Source of the DNA: Eledone cirrhosa
Lineage: Eukaryota
DNA length: 64,000 bases
Reading direction: 5' to 3'
Assembly: GCA_964016885.1 (NCBI GenBank)
Contig: OZ024743.1
Coordinates: 7,502,001-7,566,000 of the forward strand
Under the pieces are notes generated by a model. It was not told the DNA's origin, ran no database searches, and was given only the letters and a program-made list of their open reading frames with translations. Shown here piece after piece: positions 1 to 13,274 of the stretch. Position 1 is the first letter of the stretch, and each line of letters opens with the position of its first letter. A program made the position numbers and the translations under genes.

Positions 1-518
1 TTAAAGGCTGGTATGTAAGGTTGGGCAGATACATAGAAAAGCAGTGACTATAAGGAATTCTTGTATGTAAAACAATTGTTTGCAGTTTATATTGAAGAGG
101 AGAATCGAAAACATCTTCATGCGAGGTTATTCTGGAAACCTATAACAAATCAGATATTTACTAATACTTTTCCGATTTTTTTTTTATTTGCGATAATTAA
201 AAATCAATTACTGAGATTCAATTTCTTTTGACCAGAAATTCTAGACTTTCAAGAAAACAAAAATGTAATTTATAGGATCAGTTGCCTGTCTAGTCATCGA
301 TTAGATAATGTGCTTTAGGAAACCAGTGCCTCATCACATTTCTCTATCGAATTTCATTCATTTCTAAGCATAAAACCGTAATGTAAGCTGAATGAATTAT
401 TTAAATATCATTTCGTTTAATGTTTATTTATTTTAATATATTAGTACTTCATTAGTTAATTACCACCATGAAAACAGAAATCTAATTAGTACAGGGCTAT
501 TTCATTATATATGTAGCA

Positions 519-895
<377 letters not shown>

Positions 896-1395
896 ATATA
901 TATCGTTTTGTGATATTTTGCAATTTTGCAATAATATACACATACTGAATTCATCCGCCAAAAATAAGGGTTGCCTCCCTTGTCGAGCCCCACGTGGGTA
1001 TTGGTAACGGTCAATCCTTGGCCTAGCACTTGAACTAAAAGCCTGATGAGAAAGTGACTTCCTTGTTCAATCATCTTACCAGAAGCCTAACATTATGTGT
1101 CTAAGCGGACAGTACTTGATTTAGGAGTCGCAGAAACCCAAATGCTGGATTTTTACCAACCATCCAGGGGTCCGGGTAAATTTTTCAATCACATTTTTTT
1201 ATTTGTTTGACCCGAATTACTTGGTCGTTTCTATGGTTATGCGGATGACGGTTTAACCATCGTCTCAGTGTGTTTGGCCTTTTAACGTATGTTGTAGCTC
1301 TGGTCCGTTAGAATTATTGAGCGCTTGCCACACATCTCGGAAGTTGTTTTTCGCTAATTTCCAAAGCCGAAATACGATTATCGCTAATTTATATT

Positions 1396-1455
<60 letters not shown>

Positions 1456-1459
<4 letters not shown>

Positions 1460-1550
1460 CTTGATCACCTTGACCGACCAATCTGTCGGGCGCCAATCGG
1501 CGCCGCTGGTCACAGTACGTCGTGTTGTTTTAGTCATAAGATAACGCCAT
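1456..1550 (-). mobile_element. Inverted 3' fragment of the same SINE family
   Basis: Reverse complement matches ~800-895 with several substitutions; flanked by (TA)n on both sides. Confidence 0.65.
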
Positions 1551-1556
1551 CTAACG

Positions 1557-1618
<62 letters not shown>

Positions 1619-1619
1619 A

Positions 1620-1663
<44 letters not shown>

Positions 1664-1680
1664 AGTATATATATATATAT

Positions 1681-1847
1681 AGTTATGTAATAAACAACAT
1701 AAGGCAATTATTCAATTTACCAGTGGTTTCTTAAAAGCAAAAGATTGAGAAATGACTCTTTCACAACAAATATGTGTGTGTGTGTGTGTGTAGTACACAC
1801 ACACACACACACACATATTTGTTGTGAAAGAGTCATTTCTCAATCTT
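1681..1847 (-). repeat. Inverted partial Penelope pLTR fused to a near-perfect hairpin
   Basis: 1681-1746 is the reverse complement of pLTR ~2598-2663 (3' half of the HHR). 1741-1847 is a palindrome AAGATTGAGAAATGACTC...(TG)n/(CA)n...GAGTCATTTCTCAATCTT. Confidence 0.85.
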
Positions 1848-2072
1848 GGCGCAAAACCAATTTTTTATTCACATGACCTCTACCGACCAATCAAAATTGT
1901 TTTGACCACAAGAATTGTTGCTGGAGCCACTTTTTTAACATAAAAACAGTCTTGGCGCAAAATCACTTTTTTACACTCACATGACCTCTACCGACCAATC
2001 AAAATTGTTTTGACCACAAGAAATTTTGCAACACCAAAGTAACGCTGGAGCCACTTTTTTAACATAAAAACA
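1846..2072 (+). repeat. ~105-120 bp tandem duplication upstream of the Penelope element
   Basis: Two copies of TTGGCGCAAAA...CACATGACCTCTACCGACCAATCAAAATTG...GCTGGAGCCACTTTTTTAACATAAAAACAG. Confidence 0.8.
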
Positions 2073-2336
2073 GGTAGAATTCCCAAAACTAATCAGATCA
2101 GAGCAAATAGCACGGACACTCTATCTCAAAATTATTTTTGAAAAGCATTTAGAAATGCGCAACCGGTAAAAACTTAAAAACTTAAAAACTTAAAACCACA
2201 ACTGAATACTAACCCATACAATCACTAATACTCTTTTATTCCTAATTAAATCATTTTTCAACTGTGAACAATTTGTCAGCATTTTCTATTCCGTTTACCA
2301 ATATATAATAACTTGTGTGTTACACCTCTATTCTTT

Positions 2337-2394
<58 letters not shown>

Positions 2395-2415
<21 letters not shown>

Positions 2416-2733
2416 ATATATGCTTTTGTGTTTGTGTGTGCGCGTTTTTGTGTGCGTGTTTGCATGTGTAGTTTTATTTTATTTTTATTTTCCTTCTTCC
2501 TTCTCCAGCCTCACTTTCATATAGATTGCATTTTTGTTTTTAAAATCCAAATTCAATAAACAGACCAGGATTTTTTCATTCTGACGATTGAAAGCAAAAT
2601 CTTTTGCTTTTAAGAAACCACTGGTAAATGGAATAATTGCCTTATGTTGTTTATTACATAACTATTAAGCTCTGTTACCTACATAGAGCACTCTTTTTTC
2701 CTGGACTTTTCCGACGGAATTACTTCATTTATA
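2395..2733 (+). repeat. Penelope-like pseudo-LTR (pLTR), 5' copy
   Basis: Near-identical to 8700-9025, partial copy at 5275-5375; contains AATAAA and an HHR; lies immediately upstream of the RT ORF. Confidence 0.85.
2575..2632 (+). ncRNA. Type I hammerhead ribozyme in pLTR
   Basis: Stem I TTCATT/AATGGA; core CTGACGA (2581-2587); 12-bp stem II TTGAAAGCAAAA/TTTTGCTTTTAA; GAAA (2614-2617); near-palindromic stem III ACCACTGGT; GUA cleavage triplet (2624-2626). Confidence 0.9.
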
Positions 2734-2846
2734 CAGCTCCAACCGGGATTGATTGAAGCATATTCTATATTACATATACGATTGCCACTTTCCAGCCCGA
2801 TTAGTTGAGCATTCTACAGTTTTCAGGAATTTAACCAACATACACC

Positions 2847-4987
2847 ATGGATCTTTATGAATTGGATTATTCAATCAAAAATATACCCACTCCTTCCAAC
2901 ACAACTTATACCAAAATCCTTATAGATAAAATCGAACAAGTCGTTAAAAGAATGAGATGGAAGGCAATGGTTTACGATGGACTATTCAGTGCTGATACTA
3001 AAGATTGTTTTGACATCAAATCCCGTAAATATCCACCTAGAATTAAAGACATGGCCAACTTCGAATTAGACCTTGTTAATCTAATTAGTGATATCAAATT
3101 TCGTAAGTAAAGTACAATAATAACTTTCAAACTAAACTATCTAACGATATTTCTAATTTTAGAAATTCTACAAATACTTTTGTTCTTTCTGATAAAACTA
3201 AAAATCTCTTTGAAGTTAATAGTACTTTGTATAACCAACTTTTAACTAATAGTATTACCAATAAATATCAATTAACTAATAATAATACCTACAATACTAT
3301 CAATAAAGAAGCTAAAGAACTAGCTAGTTCTTTAAAAATAGATAACCGGATTGAAAGCCTAGCTAAGCGTAAAGAATATATTACCCTGAAAGACCATAAA
3401 TTGGACTTTACTAATCGACCTAGTTGTAGACTGATTAACCCGGCTAAATCCGAGGTTGGCCTTGCAAGTAAAAACATCTTAAGAAAAATAATTCTCCAAA
3501 TTAGAACTAACACTGACCTATCACAGTGGCTAAATACTTCCTCTGTTATTTCTTGGTTTAATAATATACAAGGTAAAAATAAGCGTAGATTTACCCAATT
3601 TGATATTGTCGATGTTTACCCATCTATTACTGTTTCCTTATTAACTAATGCCTTAGATTTTGCAAGACCCTTCATTAATATTTCTAAATTAGAAGAAGAC
3701 ATTATCTTTCATGCTAGAAAAACTTTACTCTTTACTAATGATAATATTTGGGTTAAAATGTCAAACCCTGAAAACTCTTTTGATGTTGCAATGGGTTCAT
3801 ATGACAGTGCGGATGTGTGTGACTTAGTAGGATTATTCCTTCTCCACACCCTCAAAGAGAAATTTCCGTCCCATAATATCGGTTTATACCGTGATGACGG
3901 ATTAGCAGTTTCTCATACCACCAACGGCCATAACCTTGATAAATTCCGTAAAGATTTAATCAATACTTTTGCTAATCTTAACCTTAAAATCACTATAGAT
4001 ACGAACCTTACTAATGCTAACTTTCTTGATATTAATCTTGATCTACTTACCGCCTCTTTTAAACCCTATCATAAACCTAATGAAAATTTTAGGTATATAC
4101 ACAAAGAGTCTTGCCATCCCCCTATAGTTTTTAATAATCTTATTCCTAACATTAGCCGTAGGATTTCTACCTTATCTTCGTCTATAGACATTTTTAATAA
4201 AGCCGCCCCTTATTATAATAAAGCCCTTAAGAAGAGCGGTTTTACAGAAAAAAATTCTTATTTACCTACCCCCCCCCCTCCTAAAACTAACCACAATAAC
4301 AGGAAAAGGAAGATCATTTGGTTCACACCCCCTTCTCTCTAACTGTCCAAACTAATGTAGGAAGGAAATTCCTTTGAACTCTTAGACAAAAATTTTCCTC
4401 CTAATCATAGATATTATAAGATATTTAATAGGAACGTAGTTAAGATCAGCTACTCTTGTTGCCCATCTATGAAGTCCAAAATCACCAGTTCAAACCATAC
4501 GAGAACAAATCCAGGATGCAGTTGCAGGAAGCCGGATGAATGCCGATTGCAGGGTAAATGTAACACCAAATCTGTTGTTTATGAGGCTAAGATAACACCG
4601 GTAATCAACAACCAGCCAGCCAGGAGTGAGCGATATGTCGGTATGACTCAGGACAGGTTTAAAACCAGATTTTACTCACATGTCACTTCTTTTAAGCACT
4701 CCGATAAACGAACATCAACGGCTCTCGCAAGTAAGGTGTGGGAACTCAAGGATAGTAACATCCCGTACTCTATTGATTGGTCTATATTAGACCATTCGAG
4801 GGAGTACCAAAGGGGCACAAAGAATTGTTCTTTGTGTACCACATAAAAATATAGGATTTTTCTAAACTTGAGAGCCACTTCCGCTTGCCTTAACTCAAAA
4901 ACTGAGATCTTCAGATGCTGTCCTCATCTGAAATCGCATCTGATCTGTAACTGGATTGACACTCCTATGATAAATCAACCGCCTTGA
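2847..4987 (+). pseudogene. Penelope-like element (Naiad-like) RT + GIY-YIG endonuclease, disrupted
   Basis: N-terminal YSIKNIPTPS, DKT motif, RT motifs FDIVDVYPSI, MGS and YRDDGL, linker CSCRKPDECRLQGKC, GIY-YIG-like VVYEAKI...YVGMT, CSLC and CCPH. Frameshifts at ~3105, ~4335 and ~4376; nonsense TAA at 4844-4846. Confidence 0.9.
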
Positions 4988-5177
4988 ACTCCTTCTCTGC
5001 TCTATACTTCTGCTACGGTTTTTTATTTTGCTGAATCTACGTTCTGTACTCTTGTATATATATTTTTTTCTCCCCTACCTCCCCTTATACTTCACCTTTT
5101 CCTATGCCCCCCCCCCCATGTATTCTTTTTGCCTTGCCCTTCACATACCTATGTGTATGTGTATGTATATTTACGTG

Positions 5178-5210
<33 letters not shown>

Positions 5211-5213
5211 GTG

Positions 5214-5252
<39 letters not shown>

Positions 5253-5291
5253 GTGTGTATATGTATGTATATGTAGATAGACCAGGTTTTT

Positions 5292-5349
5292 TTCATTCTG
5301 AAGATTGAAGGAAAAATATTTTGCTTTTAAGAAACCTCTGGTGAATGGA
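5292..5349 (+). ncRNA. Degenerate HHR in partial 3' pLTR
   Basis: Same family as 2575: CTGAAGA...GAAACCTCTGGTG, but the triplet is GUG and stem II has mismatches, so probably inactive. Confidence 0.75.
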
Positions 5350-5481
5350 ATAATTGCCTTATATTGCTTATTACTTTATTACTTTACTACTATATATATG
5401 TATATGTAAGGTTCATATGAATTATCTAAGACTGAATTTTACACACACACACATGTATATGCGTATGTATGTGTGTATATG

Positions 5482-5560
<79 letters not shown>

Positions 5561-5694
5561 GTGTGTGTGTTTGTATTTGGTTGTGCGTGTTTATGATATG
5601 TACGTATTTGTATGTGTATAATTGTATAGCTATGTATGTATATGTGTGTGTGTATTTTTATATTTATTTATATATATATATATATATAATATAT

Positions 5695-6831
5695 AAGAAC
5701 AAAAATTATGTTAATTTTAAATCTAACCATCCTACTAATATCAAGAATGCTATAGTTAGTAATATTGGAAAAAGAATATCTAACCTATCTTCTAATAAAA
5801 ACATCTTTTATGCTAACGCCAATTATTATAATAACGCGCTTTCTAAAGCCAGCTATCCTGATAAAATCAAATATAGTAAAGAAACAAATTCTAGAAGATC
5901 TTACAGTAGAATAATTAATCATGATCATTCCAATAACTTTAATAAAAGACCTAGATACAAAAACATAATCTGGTATAATGCTCCTTTCTCCATCTCTATT
6001 AATAATAATATTCCTAAATTATTCTTTAGTGCCTTAAATAAATGCTTCCCTCCCTCACATATCTATAGTAAAATATTTAACAAACACACTATAAAATTTT
6101 CCTATTCGACATCCTCCAACATTTCCAACATTATCTCTAAACACAACAATAAAATACTAAATACTAAATCTCTTCCTTCCAACACTGAATATCATAATAA
6201 TAGTAATAGTACTCCCGACGTCATTGTAAACCCTAGGCTAATTTCTGCAAACCCAAATACAACGTCAAACACAACTTCGCTAAACGTTCTTAATCCCATT
6301 CTAAATCAAGAAACTATTATTCCTATCGCAAATAACTTCTCCAATCCAATTCCTTCTATAGATAACACTAGGTCACTCGTTAATAATCTCTCTAATCGCA
6401 ATTGCAATTGCCCTGTTAAAAATAAATGTCCTGTCAACAACCATTGTCTTGATAAAAACTTAATTTACGAATGTAAAGTTATAACTGACACCAATTCCTT
6501 CACCTATTTTGGCTCCACTTCCACCTCCTTTAAAGCTCGTCTTTATAACCATCATTCGTCTTTTAAATACAAACTTAAAAGAACCAACACGTCTCTCTCA
6601 GAACTCATATGGTCCTTGAACGACAAAAATATTAAATATAGCATCTTTTGGAAAAAGGTTTCTTCTGCGTCTTTATACTTGAACAGTTCTCTATCCAAGA
6701 TTTGCAATATCTGTCTAAATGAAAAATTTACCATTATATCTAATTTAGATTCTATAATAAATAGACGCACTGACTTGTTTTCTCTCTGCTTGCATAAATT
6801 CCACAAAACATTCCACAAAGTATACAGCTAA
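5695..6831 (+). pseudogene. Second, 5'-truncated Penelope-like element (RT thumb, Cys linker, GIY-YIG)
   Basis: HPTNIKNAI, IIWYNAPFS, CNCPVKNKCPVNNHC, LIYEC...TYFGST, CNICLNEK, CLH. Begins at a (TA)n junction; the first ~75 aa of the ORF-track entry are translated microsatellite. Confidence 0.85.
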
Positions 6832-7244
6832 TATCCAAAACTTTATCAATTTAGAATCTTTTTCTCAAAGACACACATATATATATACTTCTTTAAAAAT
6901 ATACCCATCTTTCTACCTTATTTCAAAGTTATTTATTATACATTATATAATACTTGTTACTCATTCTATATCACTCCTATTTATCACTTCCCTTTCTTCT
7001 TTTTCTTTTAATGTCTAACCCCTAATCTGTACCTTTTCTCATTGTTGCCTAACATAGAAACAATTATTACATAATACAATACATTCTTACTCTATATCAC
7101 CTTGTAAAAATCCTTCGTAAACATAAACATTTTTTTGACGTTAGATTATTCATCCTCAATTCATTATTTTTTCTCCCTTTCATCTAACTTACTCATGCTC
7201 ATCTCACAATATATCCTTACTTACATTACTTGTTGTTCTTTTTA

Positions 7245-7420
7245 ATAATACATATCAACATTTTCTTTCCATCGCACATATTATTAAACCCTTAAATATT
7301 ATTCTTAATACATATTAACCTTTTCTTTCCATCGCACATATTATTAAACCCTTAAATATTATTCTTAATACATATTAACATTTTCTTTTCATCGCACATA
7401 TTATTAAACCCTTCAATATA
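7245..7420. repeat. 60-bp tandem repeat (~3 copies) in the PLE 3' region
   Basis: TTTTCTTTCCATCGCACATATTATTAAACCCTT... recurs at 7261, 7321 and 7381. Confidence 0.9.
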
Positions 7421-7765
7421 CAAACCTTAACTTTACATTATTTTTCTCTTCGTTAATTTTCAAATTCTTTTAATTTATACATTATCTTCCAACCTCTCTA
7501 TGTAAAACAATATATCTTTCTCAGTTATAAAAGCTATCTCTCTCTATCACCCATCTCTCCTCCTATCTCATCCTTCCTCATTATACTCCTTCCTCTCCAC
7601 TTTTTACTCTCATCTCCTCCTCTTTTTCATCCTTTCCAACCCCCTTCCCTCAAAATAAAATTTTTTTTTTCCCAATATCACACATCAATCTAAAACTACT
7701 TTTCATATGTTGATTTAAAACTGCACTATCCACAAGTATTTTTTAACCTTCATATCATGTCTTCC

Positions 7766-7836
7766 TATTTTATCTGATGAAAACACAAATATTATTGCAT
7801 GATGATATTTGTTTTTGAAATGCGCATAATAAAATA
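7766..7836 (+). ncRNA. Type I HHR downstream of the second PLE
   Basis: Stem I TATTTTAT/ATAAAATA; CTGATGA (7774-7780); stem II AAACACAAATATTAT/GATGATATTTGTTTTT; GAAA (7817-7820); palindromic stem III ATGCGCAT; AUA triplet. Confidence 0.9.
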
Positions 7837-8466
7837 CATGGAACTCTTTTAACCATCTTTTGTTCTTATATATTATGTATACTCCAGTCCTACAAACTGT
7901 AGAGTGCTTCTTATCCGATATCTGCATTACTTTATTGTACTACAATAAAACTCACCTCCTACACATATATATATATATATGTGTGTATGTATGTGTATAT
8001 ATATACATATGCATATGTGTGTGTACATGTGTGTGTATAATTGTATACGTGTGCGTGTGCGTGTTTGTGCATGTATTTGTGTATGTGTATGTATGTGTTT
8101 ATGTATTTGTATATGTATATTTATGTGTGAGAGTGTGTGTATGTATTTACTATTTCGTACGTATGTATACGTGCATTTGTGTGTATTACTTACCACGCGT
8201 GTCTGTCCAGCTACCCGCCGATTGTATCGCTGTCAACATTTTTTTATATATATACATTTTTATATATATATATATATTTTTATATATATATATTTTTTCT
8301 TATATTTATCTGCGTGTGTGAATATGTAGAGGAGTGCATTTATGTATGTGTATGTATGTACGTGTGTATATATGTATGATTGTGTGCATGTATGTATGTA
8401 TGTATATGTATGTGTGTATGGCTATGTTTGTGTATGTGTATGCTTGTACATATATATATATATATA

Positions 8467-8497
<31 letters not shown>

Positions 8498-8699
8498 GTA
8501 TGTATATGTGTGTATGTATATGTATTTATATTTATGTTTCTATGTGTATGTATGTGTGTATATATGTGTATGTATGTGTATATATGGATGTGTTGATATT
8601 TATGTGCGTATGTATATATGTGTATATGTATGTGTATGTGTGTATATATGTGTGTGTGTATGTATGAGTGTATGTATATATATATATATGTATATATGT

Positions 8700-9020
8700 G
8701 TGTGTGTGTATGTATGCTTTTGTGTGTGTGTGTGCGTGTTTTTGTGTGCGTGTTTGCATGTGTAGTTTTATTTTATTTTTCCTTTCCTTCTTCCTTCTCC
8801 AGCCTCACTTTCATATAGATTGCATTTTTGTTTTTAAAATCCAAATTCAATAAACAGACCAGGATTTTTTCATTCTGACGATTGAAAGCAAAATCTTTTG
8901 CTTTTAAGAAACCACTGGTAAATGGAATAATTGCCTTATGTTGTTTATTACATAACTATTAAGCTCTGTTACCTACATAGAGCACTCTTTTTTCCTGGAC
9001 TTTTCCGACGGAATTACTTC

Positions 9021-9025
<5 letters not shown>
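8700..9025 (+). repeat. pLTR copy of PLE1
   Basis: Near-identical to ~2405-2733; ends at TACTTCATTTA and runs into (CA)n. Confidence 0.85.
8869..8926 (+). ncRNA. Type I HHR (copy of 2575-2632)
   Basis: TTCATT CTGACGA [stem II] GAAACCACTGGTA AATGGA. Confidence 0.9.
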
Positions 9026-9107
<82 letters not shown>

Positions 9108-9161
9108 AATATATACAGTATATATATATGTATATACATGCATATATATATACACACCCTC

Positions 9162-9276
9162 CAGTATTCCGATGATTTGATCAGAGACTCGCACTGTATT
9201 TAAGGTCGAGTGACGTAATCTCGAGTGATCAGCGGCCTTTACACTCACCTGATCAATGAAACAATTGTTAATACTG
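9162..9276 (+). ncRNA. Type I HHR with CCGAUGA variant core and long stem II
   Basis: Stem I CAGTATT/AATACTG; CCGATGA (9169-9175); stem II TTGATCAG/CTGATCAA enclosing ~65 nt; GAAA (9258-9261); palindromic stem III CAATTG; GUU triplet. Confidence 0.75.
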
Positions 9277-9509
9277 TAAATAAAACCCCTTTTGTACTGT
9301 TGACCATGTTATTCTTCATACTTTTACTATCATTACTCCAAGAATAACTTACATGTGAATTCTCATAAACTCCCTACCTAAATAAGGAAACCTCTTGTTG
9401 GGTCAAACAACGCCGTATGTTAAAACTATCCATAGTGCAGAGTGCTCACAGCGTCTAACTGGATTACCTAAAACGATAACTTATCCCATATATATATATA
9501 TATATATAT

Positions 9510-10343
9510 GGCTTTACTGTAGCACCGGCTCAGAGCAGGAGAGTTGGGGCGAAAAAGGTATCGGATGCTGAATTTGCCGACGACATAGTTTTGGTGACAA
9601 ATACAGTGAAGGAGGCAGAGGATTTGATGCGGGAGGTTGAGACTGTGTCGATGAGTGTGGGGCTGAGAATGAATGAGACTAAAACAAAATATCTGGTAGA
9701 GAATGTTGAGAAGCCAGAGGGGATCACTAATGTAGGCGGGAAGCCGCTGGAATTGGTTGAGGACTTCCTGTATTTGGGAGCAAAGATTGGGAATACGGAA
9801 GATGATGTGGTTGAGAGGAAGAGCAAGGCCTGGGCGGCGTGTCACAGCTTGGGATCGGTGTGGAAGTCGGACCTTCGTAGAGACCTGAAGGTCCGCCTCT
9901 TCATTGCTGTAGTGGAGTCTGTGCTGCTGTGTGGGTCTGAGACTTGGACACTGACCAAGAGACTCACTCAGATGGTGGATGGGTGCTACACGAGAATGCT
10001 GAGGATGGCTCTGAACATTAATCAGTATACACTGAGGATGAAAAACTCAGAGCTGTATGGGAGCATCCCAAAAGTCAGCTCAAAAGTGACACAGAGAAGA
10101 CTGAGGTTGGCTGGACATGCTCACCGACATCCAGAGTTGACATTGCACTCAGTGCTCCTTTGGGAGCCCCTACATGGACACACTAGAAGAGGAAGACCAA
10201 GGTTAACATATGTTGATGCCCTAAGGACAGACACTGGTCTGTTGGAGATGCAGGATATGGCAGCGATAATGAGGGACAGAGACCGCTGGAGAGAACTCGT
10301 CCATGGATCTCTGGAATTTTACCCGCCTTAGATAGATAGATAG
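9510..10343 (+). mobile_element. 5'-truncated RTE-clade LINE (RT C-terminal half)
   Basis: Open frame with EFADDIVL, FLYLG, SETWTLT, RLRLAGH, RRGRPRLTY and RDRDRWR; stop at 10329-10331 runs directly into a (TAGA)n tail, as is typical of RTE. Confidence 0.85.
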
Positions 10344-10446
10344 TAATAATAATAAATTTGAAGACTAAAATCCAAAGAGGGCTCGATAAGGATAAATATA
10401 TACCAAAGGATAAATATATATCAAATATATAAGAACCGTAGAGCAA

Positions 10447-10562
10447 ATATTTATTAAATAACAGATTAAAGTTTAAGCAAAGAATTGCTGCTTTCACCCT
10501 TAACGGGATCTTCTGAAACAGCGATTCTTTGCTTAAACTTTAATCTGTTATTTAATAAATAT
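10447..10562. repeat. Fold-back inverted repeat with an HHR-like remnant in the loop
   Basis: ~40-bp arms ATATTTATTAAATAACAGATTAAAGTTTAAGCAAAGAAT and its reverse complement; the minus-strand centre reads CAGAAGA-TCCCGTTAAGGGT-GAAA. Confidence 0.75.
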
Positions 10563-10656
10563 ATATATATATATATATAACGAAGGAAATGTGGTAAGGA
10601 ACCAGGTGGACCATAACGCACCAAAGTACTCAATACTTGGAGTAGTAGAGTGGGTA

Positions 10657-10765
10657 ATAGGAACCAGTAAGACCCCGACAGCTGAGCTCAAGCCGATTCG
10701 ACGGCTAATTCAGCTGAATTAGCCGTCGAAACGGCTTGAGCTCAGCTGTCGGGGTCTTACTGGTT

Positions 10766-10770
<5 letters not shown>
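10657..10770. repeat. 114-bp near-perfect palindrome derived from the 3' half of an HHR
   Basis: One mismatch; centred on GACGGCTAATTCAG|CTGAATTAGCCGTC; the right arm continues GAAAC GGCT..AGCT GTC GGGGTC; embedded in (TA)n. Confidence 0.85.
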
Positions 10771-10819
<49 letters not shown>

Positions 10820-10924
10820 CTAAGACCAGTTGCTACAACGGCACCATACCCCTCACGTACGTTTCGTAGTGCTGAGGATCAGCTTGTTGAACCCGTGGCG
10901 ATGAAAATGAACCGGAAAAAAAAA

Positions 10925-12127
10925 TATTAGTTTGGACAGAAAGTTCTCGCCATTTTTCAAATTTTTATTGATTTTGGTGCTTTTTAGCATATTATGAAAA
11001 TTTTGCAAATCATAATATACTCCATGATTTGCGATTATCACCTGCTATCCTTTAGCAAGGGACATGATTCCATCCCTATAGAATTCTTCTGGATTCGATG
11101 AAAATAATTCCCCCAAACACTGATTGAATTGGTCTCCATTGGCGAAGGTCTTTGATTAGATTGGATTGCTCATTGAAAGAAAAAGGTGATGGTCTGTAGG
11201 GGCGAGGTCGGGCGAATATAGTGGCTGGGGCAGAGCATCCCAACCTGGCTCCAACAGGTTCTCACTTGATGGATGCAGCACAACGTTATCATTATGTGGG
11301 TGCACCTGTGGGATTTTCGCCGCTAATCTGTCAAGTTGTTTGCAATAGACGTCAGAGATTATGCTGCTGTTCGGTGGAAGCAGCATGTAGTGGATGACAT
11401 ATTTCTTGTCCTATCAGACGCTCAGTAGGTCCTTGTGAGGTTGGAGGTTAGCCTTTGCCTGCCGTTGTGCCACACTCTCTTTAGCAACCTACGATCGCTT
11501 GAGCTTGACATTAATGTAAAGACACTTTTTTTTCATCACTAGTGACAACATATCCAGTTTGTTGTGCGATGGTAGGAAAGCAGAGAAATTTCAGCTGCCA
11601 CCCGACATTCACGATTACGATCAGCAGATTGTGGGGCACCCATTGGCTCAGCTTGGACACATTCCCTATTGCCTTCGATATCCCATGTACTTCGGAGAGT
11701 TGACGAGATGTCTGGTGTGGGTTGGCTCCCAGCAGCTCATGCAGTTACTCGTATTTGAAGTCGGATGGATGTCCTACGTGAGGTCAATCTTCAAGTCTGT
11801 AATCACCGGAACAGATGTGTGCCAACAAGTCCCTGGCACTGTGTTCAAACATAGTGTGTAACCAACATGTATTTTTAATATGACGTATCTGTGCCACTGT
11901 GCTTAGGCCAGATTTGAAATCAGAAAATAAACAGATACGAATAAACGCTTTGATAGATCCATGCTACTTCACTTTTAATGGCGTAACAGAAAATGAGAAA
12001 TGCACATAGTGCATACCAACATCACTTCTTATATATGTACGTATCCACAACCTTCTACATTTCCAAAATACTCAACCAAAATACCACCTTTTGAAAAATG
12101 GCGGGAATTTTCTGCCAACCCACTATA
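10925..12127 (-). mobile_element. Decayed mariner transposon
   Basis: YSPDLAPTDHHLF motif (11156-11386, -); imperfect TIRs TTGGACAGAAAGTTCTCGCCATTTTTCAA and TTGAAAAATGGCGGGAATTTTCTGCCAACC; ~1.2 kb with TA at the ends. Confidence 0.85.
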
Positions 12128-13209
12128 CATATTGATAGAATCGTTAAAGCGTCAGACAAAATTCGTTGTGTTATTCGTTCCGGCTCTTTACGGTTATCAG
12201 CTGAAACCAAACCGAGGTCAACTTTGCCTTTCATCCTTCCAGAAGTCGGATAAACTGACAGGATGGCCTTCACTGGAATTTCTTTGATCACAAGTCTGAT
12301 CTAGCAGGATCGATATGGGGTTACACAACAACATATGTATATATAGTTGAAGCAATATGAAAGTCCATTTACCACTAGAACCTAAAAGTAAAGGAACTAC
12401 TGGGATCACATCTTCTCCAAACCATATAGTTCTTGTTGATCGATACATATGAGTATCGGTAACATATGAATAGAATGAGTATATTGACATATAACCACAA
12501 ATTTAGAGAGGAGGCGAATCTGAATGTTGTGACATTTATATTATTTAAATGGCATAAAAGAACTGAGAATTAAAGTCGAGGCATAGACTCGGTTTCTCCA
12601 AAAATCTACATCATTAGAATCATACCTATTAGAATTATATTTTCTTTTCACTTGCTCAAACCCACAGTACGTAGGACATTGTAGGAGTCACGCCTTTCCT
12701 TGATGCGAATTAAGATGCACTGAAAATTCAACATTGTAACACAGTACTTGTCTCCCCCAATCTATACAATTACCGTTAACAATTTGTTTAGTTGTATTTT
12801 TCATTAGTGAAACTAAAAACGTTATACTAAAACCCATTACATTTTCAATGTTCGATATTGAAAAATACTTTGATAAATACAGCTAGACAGTTTGTATGGT
12901 GTTGTAACTGGTTAATGTAAAATTTATAGTGTCTTAGTAGCTCAAGAATTCAAACTATTTGAGTCATGAATTCAAGAAATCATGTTTTCTTTCTTTGCAG
13001 TTATACATCCGTGGTATTATTAGAAAGTTTCCGGACTGCACTTACTGTGATTGTATTGTTCAACAGAAATACGTGTGAAATACGTGTGCAACTAACGACC
13101 ATTGGTAATCAGCCTTCTGAGTCAGTGAGTCAGTCGACAAATAGGATTTCAGCTTTGCTTCATATGTCTATCAGATGGAGCAATAGATTAAACTTGGAAG
13201 TCACTGCTA

Positions 13210-13274
<65 letters not shown>

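Noticed and set aside
1036-1155. CTGATGA...GAAA with a pairable stem II (GTGACTTCCT/AGGAGTCGC)
   Set aside because: There are extra bases after the core and stems I and III pair poorly; at best a decayed HHR.
2847-6831. Selenocysteine (UGA) recoding, reported for some Naiad PLEs
   Set aside because: The conserved Cys positions here are TGC/TGT. The TGA near 4377 arises from a frameshift, and the internal stop at 4844 is TAA.
10850-10885. Minus-strand GAAACGTACGTG resembling an HHR stem III
   Set aside because: No CUGANGA core, and the triplet is GUG.
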